DNA of 64,000 nucleotides, taken from contig AP024664.1 in the NCBI GenBank assembly GCA_024346625.1, forward strand, positions 2,046,001-2,110,000, in the 5' to 3' direction. The notes beneath the pieces were generated by a model. It was given only the letters and a program-made list of their open reading frames with translations. It did no database searches and was not told the DNA's origin. Shown piece by piece: positions 30,543 through 42,463 of this stretch. The position numbers were made by a program, and so were the translations under genes. Origin of the DNA: Williopsis jadinii (taxonomy: Eukaryota). Numbering within the stretch: position 1 is the first letter of the stretch; each line of letters begins with the position of its first letter.

Positions 30543-31571
30543 TCATCGTTTGAGTGCTGCAAATCTTCTTCTCAGGGCATCCAAATCATCATCTTCCTTC
30601 TTCTTTAGCCCGGCATCACTCGCAAGCTTGGCCTTTTTCTTCCCAACGGCTTTCTGTAGGTCATCTGGGATCTTGACGGTTGGATGAGGATTATCGCTGG
30701 TACCAGCTGGTGGTCGCACGTGGATTGGCGAGTGCTGCTTCTCATCGAGATCCGGTAGCCCACTGGTGGTGGAGAGCTTTCGAGGTGTAGCTCCAAGGTC
30801 ATTGAATTCAGCAATTGGTTCCTCCACCACAATTGGCTTCCCACCTTCACCATCATCATCGTCGTCGTCATAGCCATCGTCACCGTCGTAGTCCTTGTTC
30901 TCTAAATCGTCCTCATCATCCAGCTCGCTAAATGGAACGTCATAGGCCCTGGCAATCTCTTTCAAGTACAATGAAACCAGCTCTTGGGACGGAGCTTCAA
31001 CAATTGTACGCTTGACGATCTTCTCTGGAATGATTTTATCCTCATTGGACATGGCAGAGTGTGTGAATTCAGGCCCAAACTTGTGCACGAGGATCTCTCT
31101 AATCAGAACCAATTCCTTAATATCAGTGTGCGGAGCAGCGTAGATGATAGTCTTGACTGCCTCCACAAGACCAGGGTCGCACTCCTTTTGATCCAGTAAT
31201 CCAATTCTTGCCAATAACAACTCGCAGTAGAGCTCTAGCATCTCCATGAGCTCAATGTATATGTCATCTCTAATGATGTTCTCGACACGAATTTTGGCAC
31301 TCTCCTCTTTACCTAGAGCCAGCAGCTCAGCCATCTGGATAATACATTAGTATTACACTGTAGTTACGAGATGCAATGGCGCTCTTACTCACCTGTCTCC
31401 TCTGTTGCTTGGCCAGTGCCGTCTTCTTCGTCTGAGCAAACCTCAAGCGACTGATAGCCATCTTCAGCGATACTTTCAGACGTCCCTGGTTATTCGCTTG
31501 TTAGCTCTCCAAATACAGATAACGCACACAATTACAATAAGCCATACCTGAGGTGAAATTGTAGGTGCCAT
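30543..31571 (-). CDS. IST1: ESCRT-III-associated Ist1; join(31571..31548,31485..31393,31334..30543)
   Basis: Spliced N-terminus MAPTISPQ|GRLKVSLKMAISRLRFAQTKKTALAKQQRRQ|MAELL...AKIRVENII; C-terminal MIM DDLDALRRRFAALKR. Introns of 62 nt (GTATGG..GCTAAC..CAG) and 58 nt (GTGAGT..TACTAAT..CAG). Confidence 0.93.
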
Positions 31572-31769
31572 TGTTGATTGCCGGATTGAGCACTCTTTCC
31601 CCTGTTCTTCCTCTAAAAGCTTTAATGTTGGTGATTGTTTGATAATCCTTTGTATAGAAATAGACAGGAGTGAATGCCTGGGGGGGGGGGGTGAGCGATA
31701 ATGCTACAGTTTTAAAATCCGAGGAGTGTTGATAAGCCGGAATGATGAGGATACGTGCTGTATATACTA

Positions 31770-34748
31770 TTAAATCGTTAAATACTTCTCCATGATACTG
31801 TTTGAGAGTCGTGTGTTGCCACTGTTGTTGTATATCAACACCAGGTTATATGCTGTTTGCCTCTTCAGATCCTGTTCGATGTCCAAATCATCATATTCCG
31901 TCAAGACGCGGTTGTAGTACTCAACTGCAATGGAGACCAACCCCAGGAGGTGATACACCCTGCCGAGGTTATAGAGAGCCTCTTGGTGCTCCAATCGAGT
32001 GGAGTTGCTTGAAGAACGGATCTCAAAGTATTCCATCATGTATTTCAACCCTTGGAGTAATTCCATATGACGATTGGTTGATGATCTCTGCATTGATCTG
32101 TGTACATGGGCCAGCCCTGTCAATAGACAGATCAATGGTTCGTTCTTGATGTTTTTGTATATTCTCGTCAAATACACCAAACTTGGAACGTAACTTCTAT
32201 TCGTGAATAGAAGGCAGGCATATATATGCATAATGTACACGTTATCGTGCCCTTTAGGATCAAGGTCTTTATTCACAATGTTTGCCATTCCTGCGATGTG
32301 CTTCCTCAGCTTTAAAGAGTCGTACCCCTTCAGTTGTCTTAGAAAATACTTCTGATGGTTGATGGAGATGAAGTTTTCCGTACACATCTTACCAGAAGGC
32401 TGGACAAGCATAAACATTCTAAAAAGATCCCTGTTGAATTGATACATGTTCACAACTTGTCTTATGGAGTTCAAGATGTTTTTTGAGTCATCCGTTTTGA
32501 TAACAAGAGCAAGTTTCACAAGGTTCATTATTCTTTCTCTCTGTTTATCATGGTAGAAAACGTTGATGCTCTTTGCATTGTCAATAATGCTGTTAGCATC
32601 TTCAGGGTTGTCGAATTTTCCAACAGCCAAGGCATATTGCATAAAGAGTGAAAACCATTGGTCATATGTTATACCTCTAAATTCTTGCTTTGAAGTCAAA
32701 ACAACTCTTTCCTCCATCTTGGAGGTGAACCCTTCGTAAAGTTCCGAAATTCTTTCAATCTTGGAATCAATATCCATGTTAAGACCTTTAGTTCTCATGA
32801 TGATACCTTTGAACTGTCTTGAGCGATCCTTTGGGAAGAAATTCTTGACGTTACAGAAAAGTTCAATAAGCTCTGATGTCAATTGAATCCAAGTAGCAGC
32901 AGCAACCTTGTCACCCTGTTCAACACCTTGGTACAACCTTTGTGCTCTATTGAACTTTTCAATCACATTTTGGGTAATACGCGCCTCTCTTTCCTGTTTC
33001 TCAGCCTCTGTGAGTCTTGATTTCTTCTTCACTCTGACTTCATTTTCAATCAAAGCACCTCCCGTTGATGGTAATTTAGAAAGCTCATCATCTACTGTAA
33101 CATCTTCATTGGTTTTTTGTGTTTGATCAATTGCTCTCAAGAAATTGACTCTATCAAGAAGTTCTTGCGACTCTTCCACTTCTTCAAGATAATACAACAC
33201 TTCAACCAAAGAAAGCATCATATCGAGATTATCCGGCTCCATCTCCAGTGCTATGTTGTAGTATTGCTTCGCATCGGTGTATTTTCCAAGTTCTGTTGAG
33301 CATCTGGCCAAGGAAGAGCACAGCTGTGCAGTTTGAAACTCCTGAATCTTGCTCAAAGGTACGTAAAATTTGATTGCATCGGCAAACAGTTGAGCAGCCT
33401 CCAATTTTTGAGCAGCCTCTAAGAACAGGTCCGACGTTTCATTGATATTGTCGTTGAGCAGAAAGTTATAGTGCACTAAAGCCTCATCAATGTTATCAAG
33501 ACTAAGCCTCAGAGATCCCAATTTGACACGTATATCGATTGGAAGCTTGTGTGATTTGTTCTTCAAGATATCGGGCAGCGCTTCAAAATGTGCATTTTCA
33601 TATCTTCTCTCATCAAATTCCGAATCATCAGTGACGTACTCCCAGAATTCTTCAGATTCTCTCTCCTGTATCCATCTTGAGATATGTTTGATTGTTCGAA
33701 TAGCTATGGCATAGTTCTTCTGATTCACAAACAATTCAGCCAAGATGTTCAAAGACGACCAATCAAATACAGGGAAGGGTTTCTCTTTTGAGACATCTTC
33801 CCCCATCTGTACGGCATTTCTATGGTTTATGTTCTTCTCAAACAACTTGAGGTACAGTGCGATAGCATCATTGACTCTGTTCAGTTGGTTGTAGATCAAG
33901 GCTAGTTCACGCAGTACTGCGGGCTCTTTGGGAAACAGCTCAAGCATCTTTTGTAAGGTTTCTGAAGCTCTTCCATAGCTTCCATTCTCCCTGTAAAGGA
34001 TTGATCTTTCTAGAAGCACGTCAAATGTCCTATACCCAACTGTAACTGCTCTTCTCAGACAGTACAGAGCCTGCGATGTATGCCCCAGCTCACGCGATTG
34101 TCTTGCCACGAAAGCCCAGAATTCACCATCCGTGGGTCTCAAATGAGCTGCAAGAAACCATGTATTACAACTTTTATTCGGGTCATTGAGTAGGAGGTAA
34201 ATCTCTCCCAAACTCTTGTATGCTGGGAAGTTTCGAGGGTCCTTCTTAATCACCTCTTTGAATTTCAGTTCTGCCCGTTCGTACTGTCTGGCCACAAAGC
34301 ATTCATTGGCTTCTGAAAGCAATACCCGAATCTCTGGATCCAGCTCCTTCGCAGGACGCACGGACGTGAGTCTTTTCTTTGCACCTTTGCTCGATTTAGC
34401 AGAGCGCTTCCTCTTCGTACTATGTGTCTCCCTGAGAAGCGCCTTGAGATCATCATCTGTTCCTTCGTCATCATCATCCACCTCCCAATCGTCACTATCA
34501 GAGTTGAAGGCATCCAGCAGGTCCCTCTCAATCGCCTCCTGCTCGGCATTATATCCTCGTTCAGCGAGCTCCTCCTCCTCCTCTTCATCAGAGAAGTCGT
34601 ACACGCCTTGCTGACCGATATCTTGACCATCATCACCATCCTCTTCACCATCGCCACCTTGCATCATGGAAGACACATCAATCCCTGAGAGGATATCGTC
34701 CTCATTTCCTAGTCCCTGAAGCTCGGGATCAACTGTGTTGGCACCCAT
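31770..34748 (-). CDS. TFC4: TFIIIC TPR subunit tau131
   Basis: Acidic N-terminus, TPR arrays (WFLAAHL, LPIDIRVKLG, EALYNLGR, AYNLVLIY); divergent from UFD1 as in S. cerevisiae. Confidence 0.92.
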   Translation of the reverse strand: MGANTVDPELQGLGNEDDILSGIDVSSMMQGGDGEEDGDDGQDIGQQGVYDFSDEEEEEELAERGYNAEQEAIERDLLDAFNSDSDDWEVDDDDEGTDDDLKALLRETHSTKRKRSAKSSKGAKKRLTSVRPAKELDPEIRVLLSEANECFVARQYERAELKFKEVIKKDPRNFPAYKSLGEIYLLLNDPNKSCNTWFLAAHLRPTDGEFWAFVARQSRELGHTSQALYCLRRAVTVGYRTFDVLLERSILYRENGSYGRASETLQKMLELFPKEPAVLRELALIYNQLNRVNDAIALYLKLFEKNINHRNAVQMGEDVSKEKPFPVFDWSSLNILAELFVNQKNYAIAIRTIKHISRWIQERESEEFWEYVTDDSEFDERRYENAHFEALPDILKNKSHKLPIDIRVKLGSLRLSLDNIDEALVHYNFLLNDNINETSDLFLEAAQKLEAAQLFADAIKFYVPLSKIQEFQTAQLCSSLARCSTELGKYTDAKQYYNIALEMEPDNLDMMLSLVEVLYYLEEVEESQELLDRVNFLRAIDQTQKTNEDVTVDDELSKLPSTGGALIENEVRVKKKSRLTEAEKQEREARITQNVIEKFNRAQRLYQGVEQGDKVAAATWIQLTSELIELFCNVKNFFPKDRSRQFKGIIMRTKGLNMDIDSKIERISELYEGFTSKMEERVVLTSKQEFRGITYDQWFSLFMQYALAVGKFDNPEDANSIIDNAKSINVFYHDKQRERIMNLVKLALVIKTDDSKNILNSIRQVVNMYQFNRDLFRMFMLVQPSGKMCTENFISINHQKYFLRQLKGYDSLKLRKHIAGMANIVNKDLDPKGHDNVYIMHIYACLLFTNRSYVPSLVYLTRIYKNIKNEPLICLLTGLAHVHRSMQRSSTNRHMELLQGLKYMMEYFEIRSSSNSTRLEHQEALYNLGRVYHLLGLVSIAVEYYNRVLTEYDDLDIEQDLKRQTAYNLVLIYNNSGNTRLSNSIMEKYLTI

Positions 34749-35001
34749 TTAGTTGTTATCTTACAGGCTCAATGGTGGAAGTGCCTTTCCTTTGTTTACC
34801 TTTTTGCGCCAGCTTTTGTTTACGCCAAAATTTACGCAAAAACGTCTCGCACTGGCCGAACCAATGTTGGTGCTTACATAATGCTTCGGGCAGCCCTTCC
34901 ATGCGCTCCATTTTCTCGCCACTACATCACGGGCGATGTACTGGCAACCGCTTTTGACACTTGGCTGAGGATCAGAGCTCAAGGTAAAATCAATTGCGAC
35001 G

Positions 35002-36123
35002 ATGGTAGGTTTGTATTGGAAACGTGGTTGTGTGAAATGAGCTGTATTCACTAACATTTGACAGTTTTCCGGCTTCAATGGTGGATTTGGATTCCCAGGA
35101 GGCGGCCAGTTTGGCGGGTTTGCTCCGATGCCGCAAAAGTTTGAAGAGTACTTTAGATGCTACCCGGTGGATATGATGCCTGAGAGCATCAAGAAGGAAG
35201 ATGCGAATTACGGTGGTAAGATCTTCCTTCCTCCGAATGCGTTGAACAAGCTGACGATGTTGCACATCAGATATCCAATGTTGTTTGAGCTGTTGAACGA
35301 GAAGGAGAATTTGAGAACGTTCTCCGGTGTCCTTGAGTTTGTTGCTGAGGAAGGAAGAGTTTATCTACCGCAGTGGATGATGAATACGCTACACGTGCAG
35401 CCAGGATCTGTGCTGAAGGTGACCAACCAGGACGTTCCACTGGGTAAATTTGTCAAAATTGAGCCCCAATCTGTGGATTTCTTGGATATATCTGATCCGA
35501 AGGCGGTGCTGGAGAACGTGCTTCGGAAGTTCTCTACTTTGACAGTGAATGATATCATACAAGTCAACTACAACGATCACATATACGGTATAAAGGTATT
35601 AGAAGTGAAACCGGAATCGGCATTTAACAGTATATGTGTGATTGAAACGGATTTGGAGACAGATTTTGCCCCACCAGTTGGTTATGTCGAGCCGGATTAC
35701 TCCAAACAAGAGAAGAAGAAACCAGCGCCATCCACCAAGAACGTAATGGGAACCATGGCTCATTCCATTGACTATGTTAACATTGCTAAAGGTGCTGCTG
35801 ATACCGTTGAGTCGTTTCATGGCCAAGGTCAGAAATTATCAGGAAAGGTGGCAAAACCAGTGAAGAAAGCAGATGTTGATCTTGAAAAGCTGATTGTGAG
35901 TGGTGAAGCAGCTCCATTGACTTTGCCATTTGGACAGTTGTTCTTTGGGTTCCCATTGGTGCCTCCAAAGATTGACGAGACTGTAGGAGAAGAGCCATCA
36001 TCGTCACATGTCTTTTCAGGACAAGGCCAGTCTCTAAGACAGAGTAAAAAACGCAAGGATTTCAAGCAACATGAGAGCCCTAAACCAAAAGTACACAGTC
36101 CAGAAGTTATAGAGATTGATTGA
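35002..36123 (+). CDS. UFD1: Cdc48 cofactor Ufd1; join(35002..35004,35065..36123)
   Basis: ATG-only first exon and 60-nt intron GTAGGT...CACTAAC...CAG give MFSGF...MPQKFEEYFRCYP; GGKIFLPP, DFAPPVGY, FSGQGQSL SHP box. Confidence 0.94.
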
Positions 36124-36132
36124 ATTATTTCT

Positions 36133-39100
36133 TTATGAATTGCCTCCTCTTCTGCTTGCAACTCTCATTAGGGAAAGCGGAAGTTGTTCATCACCGTCTT
36201 CTTCATCACTGTCGTCATAGAACTGGCCCATAGAAGTCGTACTCTGTTCATCTCCACGGATCCATGAGCCAATAGAATACACTCTTTTTCTGAATCCTTC
36301 AGACATGGCTGATTTGTGCGTGTTTGCAATGCTGGATACATCATCAAAAGCGACTGGGTTTAATTCATCATCATCCAGTGCTTGGTCGCTATCGTCATCC
36401 TCATCTTGGGTAGTGTTATCATTGTTATTTGGTACCAGCTGCTCATATCCACGAACGGCTTTTGCAGCATACCCAGAATATAGCGAACGACTCAAGAACC
36501 CGTATTTAAACTCATTAACACCAACGAGAACCTTTGTTAGCTCAACTAATTCCTCAATGTACTCGACAATCTCTTCTGTAGCTGCACTAGAAGCATTCCA
36601 ACTAAGAAACCTCTCTTTCAAGACGTTTTCCTGTTGGTTTTCAAGTATCTTCTTCTGTTTTCTATGCCCAAAATCCATCACAAGCTCCTCATCGGAGCTA
36701 TCGTCAATAGAATCTTTCCTTTTATATTTGGTTTTGATAACATCAGAGACTTTGGCGATAAGCCTTTTCTGAGCAACAGTGCAACTAGGAAGGTACTGTG
36801 GGAGGGGCGATTTCGTGAGCAGTGCAAACTCGACTGCCTTTACGGTGTTGTTCATAGAAGCTATCAGTTGTCTGCGATAAGGAAACACATCATCGTTGAG
36901 CTCTTCAACAATAGCCGAGCCATAGGACCGACGTAATTGAACGATATTTTCAACTCTCTCCAAAATTTGTCTTAGAATAAAGATGATCTCAAAAAAGATC
37001 TTTTCGATTTGATGGTAACTCCCCTTCAGTCTTGGTTCTTTCTTAGCACTGATTCTGTACGCATCTGCCCTGATGAGCGATGCACTAGTCAGGCTAGAGA
37101 GTCGTTGCAAAGTATGGAATCTTTTTTCCGATAAACTGACTTGAACGGTCTCTCCATCTAAACCAGCAGCATAAAGTAAAAGAATCTTGGAAATATTGCC
37201 TGTACTGTAGACCACTTCCTTGATCAGCTCATCTCTGGCCTTGTTCGGGAAGAAGCCGATTTGACAGATCAATGCCACTGCACCTCCATAAATCATGGCG
37301 AGACAACGTTTACCAAAATTCACCAATATGCTTCCACCAACTTCTGAGGGAAGCGCAGCTGACAGGATCACTATATATATCGAAATCACACCGATAATCG
37401 CTGCCTTGATATATGGCGTTCCAAGGAAAAAATAGAACCCTGGTATTGCTCCTATCACAGTCACGACAGTTTCAAGATACGGGTTGTTCTGGTTATCCCC
37501 TGCGACGTAAGACAGGTATCCCCAAGCAGCACCTGAAATGACCCCAACACCTCTCAGAAAGAAGACAAAAAACGTGCTTCCAACTTCTGGCTCAACAACC
37601 AAGATACAAACGAAACCTATCCATGGCCCTCTAATATCAACAAACCAATGTCTTGCTTCAGGTACAAACATCGGGAAAGTCGCTAATGTCAAAGCAACTG
37701 CACATTGGAGTCCAAATCTGATATGGGCTGAGTGTGAATGGTAAAGCTTGAGAAGCCAGACAATCAATGAATCCAGAAAGTTCTTCTTTTCTTCATTAGT
37801 CGACAAGACAGTTGTAGATTCGTCATCAGAGTGTGATTTTTCAGGATCCACCACGTCACCTGTGTAGATCCTCATTGAAGGAGCACCGTTCAAACTTGCC
37901 GATTCATTTGAGTTGAAAAAGTCACCATGGTTTGCTTCGAACCAACCTTTTAAGTCCTCTCTGCTCTTTATGAAAGGCATCCAAATACGTCTTCCGAAGA
38001 TTCCTTTCTTCTCACGCTTTAGTCTTACCTGAAGGATGTTGTTTGCCACGTTCATCATGTTGATAACCGAATTCGTGGTCTCCTTCAAGTTCATAAGGAA
38101 AGACGAAAGGATGAACATGTTGTCATTTGGAGTAAGGTAGTTTTCAAATTCATTGCTTAGCAATGTAAATTCTTTTCTGAATGATAAATCAAGCATTGAA
38201 AGGTCTCTAGCCAAAGTTCGTACCTCCGACTCGAAGTTGACCTTTGTCATGTCGATCTCTTCAACTGTGAAGTACTCCGGTTGAGCCATCTTTGAAACTT
38301 TGACATCATACGATTGTGCTATTGATAACTTCACAATATACAAGCAGCGAGAAATACTTTTATGAAGCTTGAACAGTGGATCATCCGTTCTGCTTAAGAC
38401 ATTCTCAAGCTGGTCGTTATCGCTGTTATTCATCGCTGTTGTATAGTGTAGCTGTGAGGCATTGATCAGTGCACATGTATATGACAACTGCGTTTTGAGA
38501 ATCTCAATCAGTGGTTTGGCCTGTGATGGGGAACAGTAAGAGTACGATATCTCGTACGTACATTCTTTCAAGACACCCTGAGTCGCATTGAGTTTTGATC
38601 TCAGCGTGGTCTTTTTTTTGATCAGTTGAGCCAATGTGACTTGTTCCTGTGTGTAATTGGTAGATTTCTGGTTAAAGAACCGGAGGGTATAGTCAAGTGT
38701 CTCGTGCAGTTCGTTCAAGATATCCGACATGGATGTACCAAAGTAGGACGAGCCAAACTCTGGAAAGATCACCAAGTTGCACGCCAGTGAGATTGCTATG
38801 CCGACGAAGAACGGCACTGTGAAGTTCTTCGCAATGGTTCCTGCAGAAACGTTCAGGTTGTCAGTGAAGGTGGAGTGAACAACCAAGAACAACGGGAACA
38901 CGATACCAAAGAACTTGTGCGATATCACACGCATCCATCCATGGAAGAAAAGCATCAAGATGTGGAACACAGCAAGAACCGCCAGAGCGGCACGGTATCT
39001 GTCGTAGTTGTCCTCGAGCTGTTCCTGGTCGGACAGATATTCAAGGTTTCCTAGGATACACTGGGCTATGAATCTCCCCAGAAGAGAGTAAGCGTTGCCC

Positions 39101-39345
39101 ACTAGCAGCCCTGTGGTGCAGAAGACGATACCTTCCAGCATGGACCCGAATCTTCTTCCAGGGTGCACCATGACAGATATCAACGGGAGCATCGCGGGCT
39201 CACCGCCCAAAACAGATAACGTGGATGGCACCAAACATAGAATGAAGGCCACAGTGGAGTTGACGGTAGCTTTTGTGATTCTCTGAGCGATCACTCTGCT
39301 CGGAAGCTTCTTTATGACGTACTTCTTTACTTGTTCTATCTTCAT
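36133..39345 (-). CDS. Multi-pass ArAE/FUSC-like putative transporter (Bre4/YGL140C family)
   Basis: Two hydrophobic blocks separated by helical soluble regions; HPGRRFG, KKEPRLKG, KSPLPQYLPS. Confidence 0.7.
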   Translation of the reverse strand: MKIEQVKKYVIKKLPSRVIAQRITKATVNSTVAFILCLVPSTLSVLGGEPAMLPLISVMVHPGRRFGSMLEGIVFCTTGLLVGNAYSLLGRFIAQCILGNLEYLSDQEQLEDNYDRYRAALAVLAVFHILMLFFHGWMRVISHKFFGIVFPLFLVVHSTFTDNLNVSAGTIAKNFTVPFFVGIAISLACNLVIFPEFGSSYFGTSMSDILNELHETLDYTLRFFNQKSTNYTQEQVTLAQLIKKKTTLRSKLNATQGVLKECTYEISYSYCSPSQAKPLIEILKTQLSYTCALINASQLHYTTAMNNSDNDQLENVLSRTDDPLFKLHKSISRCLYIVKLSIAQSYDVKVSKMAQPEYFTVEEIDMTKVNFESEVRTLARDLSMLDLSFRKEFTLLSNEFENYLTPNDNMFILSSFLMNLKETTNSVINMMNVANNILQVRLKREKKGIFGRRIWMPFIKSREDLKGWFEANHGDFFNSNESASLNGAPSMRIYTGDVVDPEKSHSDDESTTVLSTNEEKKNFLDSLIVWLLKLYHSHSAHIRFGLQCAVALTLATFPMFVPEARHWFVDIRGPWIGFVCILVVEPEVGSTFFVFFLRGVGVISGAAWGYLSYVAGDNQNNPYLETVVTVIGAIPGFYFFLGTPYIKAAIIGVISIYIVILSAALPSEVGGSILVNFGKRCLAMIYGGAVALICQIGFFPNKARDELIKEVVYSTGNISKILLLYAAGLDGETVQVSLSEKRFHTLQRLSSLTSASLIRADAYRISAKKEPRLKGSYHQIEKIFFEIIFILRQILERVENIVQLRRSYGSAIVEELNDDVFPYRRQLIASMNNTVKAVEFALLTKSPLPQYLPSCTVAQKRLIAKVSDVIKTKYKRKDSIDDSSDEELVMDFGHRKQKKILENQQENVLKERFLSWNASSAATEEIVEYIEELVELTKVLVGVNEFKYGFLSRSLYSGYAAKAVRGYEQLVPNNNDNTTQDEDDDSDQALDDDELNPVAFDDVSSIANTHKSAMSEGFRKRVYSIGSWIRGDEQSTTSMGQFYDDSDEEDGDEQLPLSLMRVASRRGGNS

Positions 39346-39581
39346 TTAGATTGTCATTGGTGGTTTCTTCACAGCACAACGAGACTTGATTGTTGCAGCT
39401 GGTGATGACCACATCTTGTTTTTTAAATTTTTTACCTCTTTTTTAGATCCTCGATGAGCTGCGGTAAAACGAATAGAATCAATCGGACTTATACTCAAAA
39501 CCCCGATATGGCGCAACTAAAGAGAATGAGAAAAGAAAACATTTGTAATAAATTTCAACACTAAACACTGTAATTGCTTTC

Positions 39582-41207
39582 CTAAGCGAGAGCCTTTTCA
39601 TGGTCGTTCACGGTTTCCTGAGCGACATATCTATCTTCACTGACAGGAAGGAAAGAACAAACAACTGCAATTGCCACACAACAGATCCCGATAATCCAGA
39701 ACCCTCTCATGTAATCATTGGTTCCGTTTGAGTAGAGTGAGAATCTAAACACCAGTGAGAAGAAGATACCACCTATATTACCAAAGGCACCGGTGATACC
39801 TGACACTATACCGACGTTTTTAGGGTTGATATGTGGGACAAGCGAGAAGCACGCGCCGTTACCAGCCTCCATAAACACACACATGACACTGATGGATGCA
39901 ATCAGTCCATGAAGGGACAGTTTCGAGCTTGGAACAAATCCAATCCAAATCAAGAATATTCCCTGCATACAAGCACAGAATAACAACCAGAACTTCTTTG
40001 CTCTTGTGGTTTTAAAAGTCTTGTACAGATAATCGGAGATGATACCACCCAATGGTCTTGTCACAACGTTAAGAAGACCTATCATTGAAGCCCAAGAACC
40101 AGATTTACTCTGGTTCCAATTGAGTCCATCAATCTTGGCTCTTTGCATATACAGTGCAGATAAGACGGATTCGATGGCCAACTCTCCACCAAAGGTAACG
40201 ATGTATGGGAGTGCAACAAGCATTGTACGGTAGTGGAAACTGACCATCAAGAAGGACTTCCAGGTTGGGTTTTCAACAATCTGTTCAAGGTCAACAACAT
40301 CACTAACACGGGTTTTTACAACATCAACAGCGTTATCAGAGATTGAATTGTCTGAAGTTCTTTCATCGATGGCTCCTATTTTATCCTCAGAAAGCCTGCG
40401 GTTCACTGGTGGAGCAGCGCCGCTGATGTGACTGAGCACAGGATGGTGAGCATTGATGGAGACAACGTCAACGGAACGTACATCAACACCAATATCCAAC
40501 ACGTCTCCTCTCTGTGACCACTTACCTTCAGGGCAATCCTGGCCAAAGAGAAGAATCAAGCATGAAACAAAGATCAAAATGACGAATGGACCAATGACGA
40601 AGGCATAACTCCAGCTTTTACGTTGGGAATAACCATCTTTGAGCAAATCATTCAAAATTGCAGGCATCATGAAGAATGCAACACCACCACCAGAATTTCC
40701 AAACCCTCCTGCGAAGGCATTTGCCGTACCAACGATGGTCTTATCGAAGAAAACTGTGGTCCACACTTGACACGGTATAAAACTTGAGCCCAGCAAACCC
40801 ACAAAGAAACGGATTGCGTGCAAACCAGGGATGTTGTTGACAAGGGGAACAAAAGCAGTAGGAACACTCCCAACAAGGAGCACCAAAGCCATGGCGTAAC
40901 GAGGTCCAATTCTATCACACACTGGGCCCAGGATGACACGACCCAGCATAGTTGCACAAAGACCAGCAATGTTATTGTTGGCAACGTCTGCAGAGGTCAT
41001 GTTCAAGTCTTTCTTGATGGAATGGGCCAGAAGGGGAGGAAAGGCAAACCATGACAAGAAGGAAACGAAGAAACCTAGCCACGATAAATGGAACGATCTA
41101 CCATAGATGTTGATAGGGTTCAAAATCGGAATGGAGTATGCCTTTCTGGTTTTGGGGTTCAGCTCTGGCGCCTTCACCAGCAGGGACAGCTTGCGTTTCA
41201 AATCCAT
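39582..41207 (-). CDS. YNT1: High-affinity nitrate transporter (NRT2/NNP family, MFS)
   Basis: FHLSWLGFFVSFLSWFAFPPL, nitrate signatures VGTANAFAGGFGNSGGG and GIVSGITGAFGNIGG, TRPLGGIISD. Confidence 0.96.
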   Translation of the reverse strand: MDLKRKLSLLVKAPELNPKTRKAYSIPILNPINIYGRSFHLSWLGFFVSFLSWFAFPPLLAHSIKKDLNMTSADVANNNIAGLCATMLGRVILGPVCDRIGPRYAMALVLLVGSVPTAFVPLVNNIPGLHAIRFFVGLLGSSFIPCQVWTTVFFDKTIVGTANAFAGGFGNSGGGVAFFMMPAILNDLLKDGYSQRKSWSYAFVIGPFVILIFVSCLILLFGQDCPEGKWSQRGDVLDIGVDVRSVDVVSINAHHPVLSHISGAAPPVNRRLSEDKIGAIDERTSDNSISDNAVDVVKTRVSDVVDLEQIVENPTWKSFLMVSFHYRTMLVALPYIVTFGGELAIESVLSALYMQRAKIDGLNWNQSKSGSWASMIGLLNVVTRPLGGIISDYLYKTFKTTRAKKFWLLFCACMQGIFLIWIGFVPSSKLSLHGLIASISVMCVFMEAGNGACFSLVPHINPKNVGIVSGITGAFGNIGGIFFSLVFRFSLYSNGTNDYMRGFWIIGICCVAIAVVCSFLPVSEDRYVAQETVNDHEKALA

Positions 41208-42463
41208 CTATAAAATAATCTTGTAGTTTAACAGTGTCCAAGATGTGTTTAATGGAGTCTGATGTTCATGAACACGAGTCAAATATCAAGACAGAGAGAA
41301 ACGGTACTTTATATGTTTCTAGATGCGTACAGGGCTGCTAGCAACCTTTTGGGTATTCAACTGATGACAAGAAATGACATATGCAGTGCAACACAGATGA
41401 AATCAGGATCTTTTCGAAACAAATCTTACTGTTATCTTGTGACGATAAAAGTGCTTCACAATCGTCCTCTCTCGATGCTCGATCAAAAGATAAGGGCCGT
41501 GACTCTGATGAAAAATGCGTGAGGAATCTGCGAGGTGGTTTTAAGCCTTTTCCTTTTGTGTGTGTGTTTTTTTCTTTGGCTTGCCAGTTCAACCGTGCCT
41601 TGTAACTCCAGCAACGGCAAATGGTACCGCTGATCATTTTACTTAGGGATCTTCTATTCTCTTCTTTTTTCTTCTATGGGCGGAAAATATATTGGAGTAG
41701 CGGATTTTATTAATACATCCGATCACCATTTGACGGTTGGTGCATAGCAGGCCAATAGTTGGAGCTGGATATGACATGGATTTCGAAGTTAGTCGCACCG
41801 CTATCAGTGTTATCATTGATATCTCAGCCCCAATCGGATAGACTCATCCGGGATTGCAACGCTCTGTGACATTCACTGTATTGACCTAAGTGCTGGTTAG
41901 ATGCTATCCACAGTGTTAGCTTGAATTGCTCTGCAGATGTGGACCCATTGGCCTCGTATAATGGCATAACATCTGACCGTGTTACTGTGCTCGCACACCG
42001 TTGCCTATGAAACAGTGGTTACTGTGACTCAACTCACGGTAACCACTGGTCTACCACGCTAGAGATTGAAACACAAATGGTGTTCCACGCCATTGAGGAT
42101 TCTAACGTGTAGCCCTGGCTGTACCGACCTCATGGCTCAAAGCCTTATGTAATTGTGCACATTCAGAGTACTTGCTAGGTGCCACAATCTGGCGGAGAAT
42201 AAATTAGCTTGCAGTATCTCGCATGGCCTTTGCTGTGTATAGGCATGTTTCTTTGGTGTGAACACTCGTATGATTGTACACCAACTTGCTTTACCTGTGT
42301 GTTCACTGTCCAGGCTATGAGGAAGAGAAGGGTATCTTTGCCGTGCTCCTAATGATGAAATGGCTTTGGAAATTAAAAATGAGGTCATGAAAGAATATAT
42401 CTTTCGACTTGACCATCACGTTCGTCTGAACATACAATTAAACAACAACTATTGACCAAAGCG

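Noticed and set aside
31680..31692. Poly-G tract (and poly-C at about 4649-4660)
   Set aside because: Simple homopolymers with no further evidence of function.
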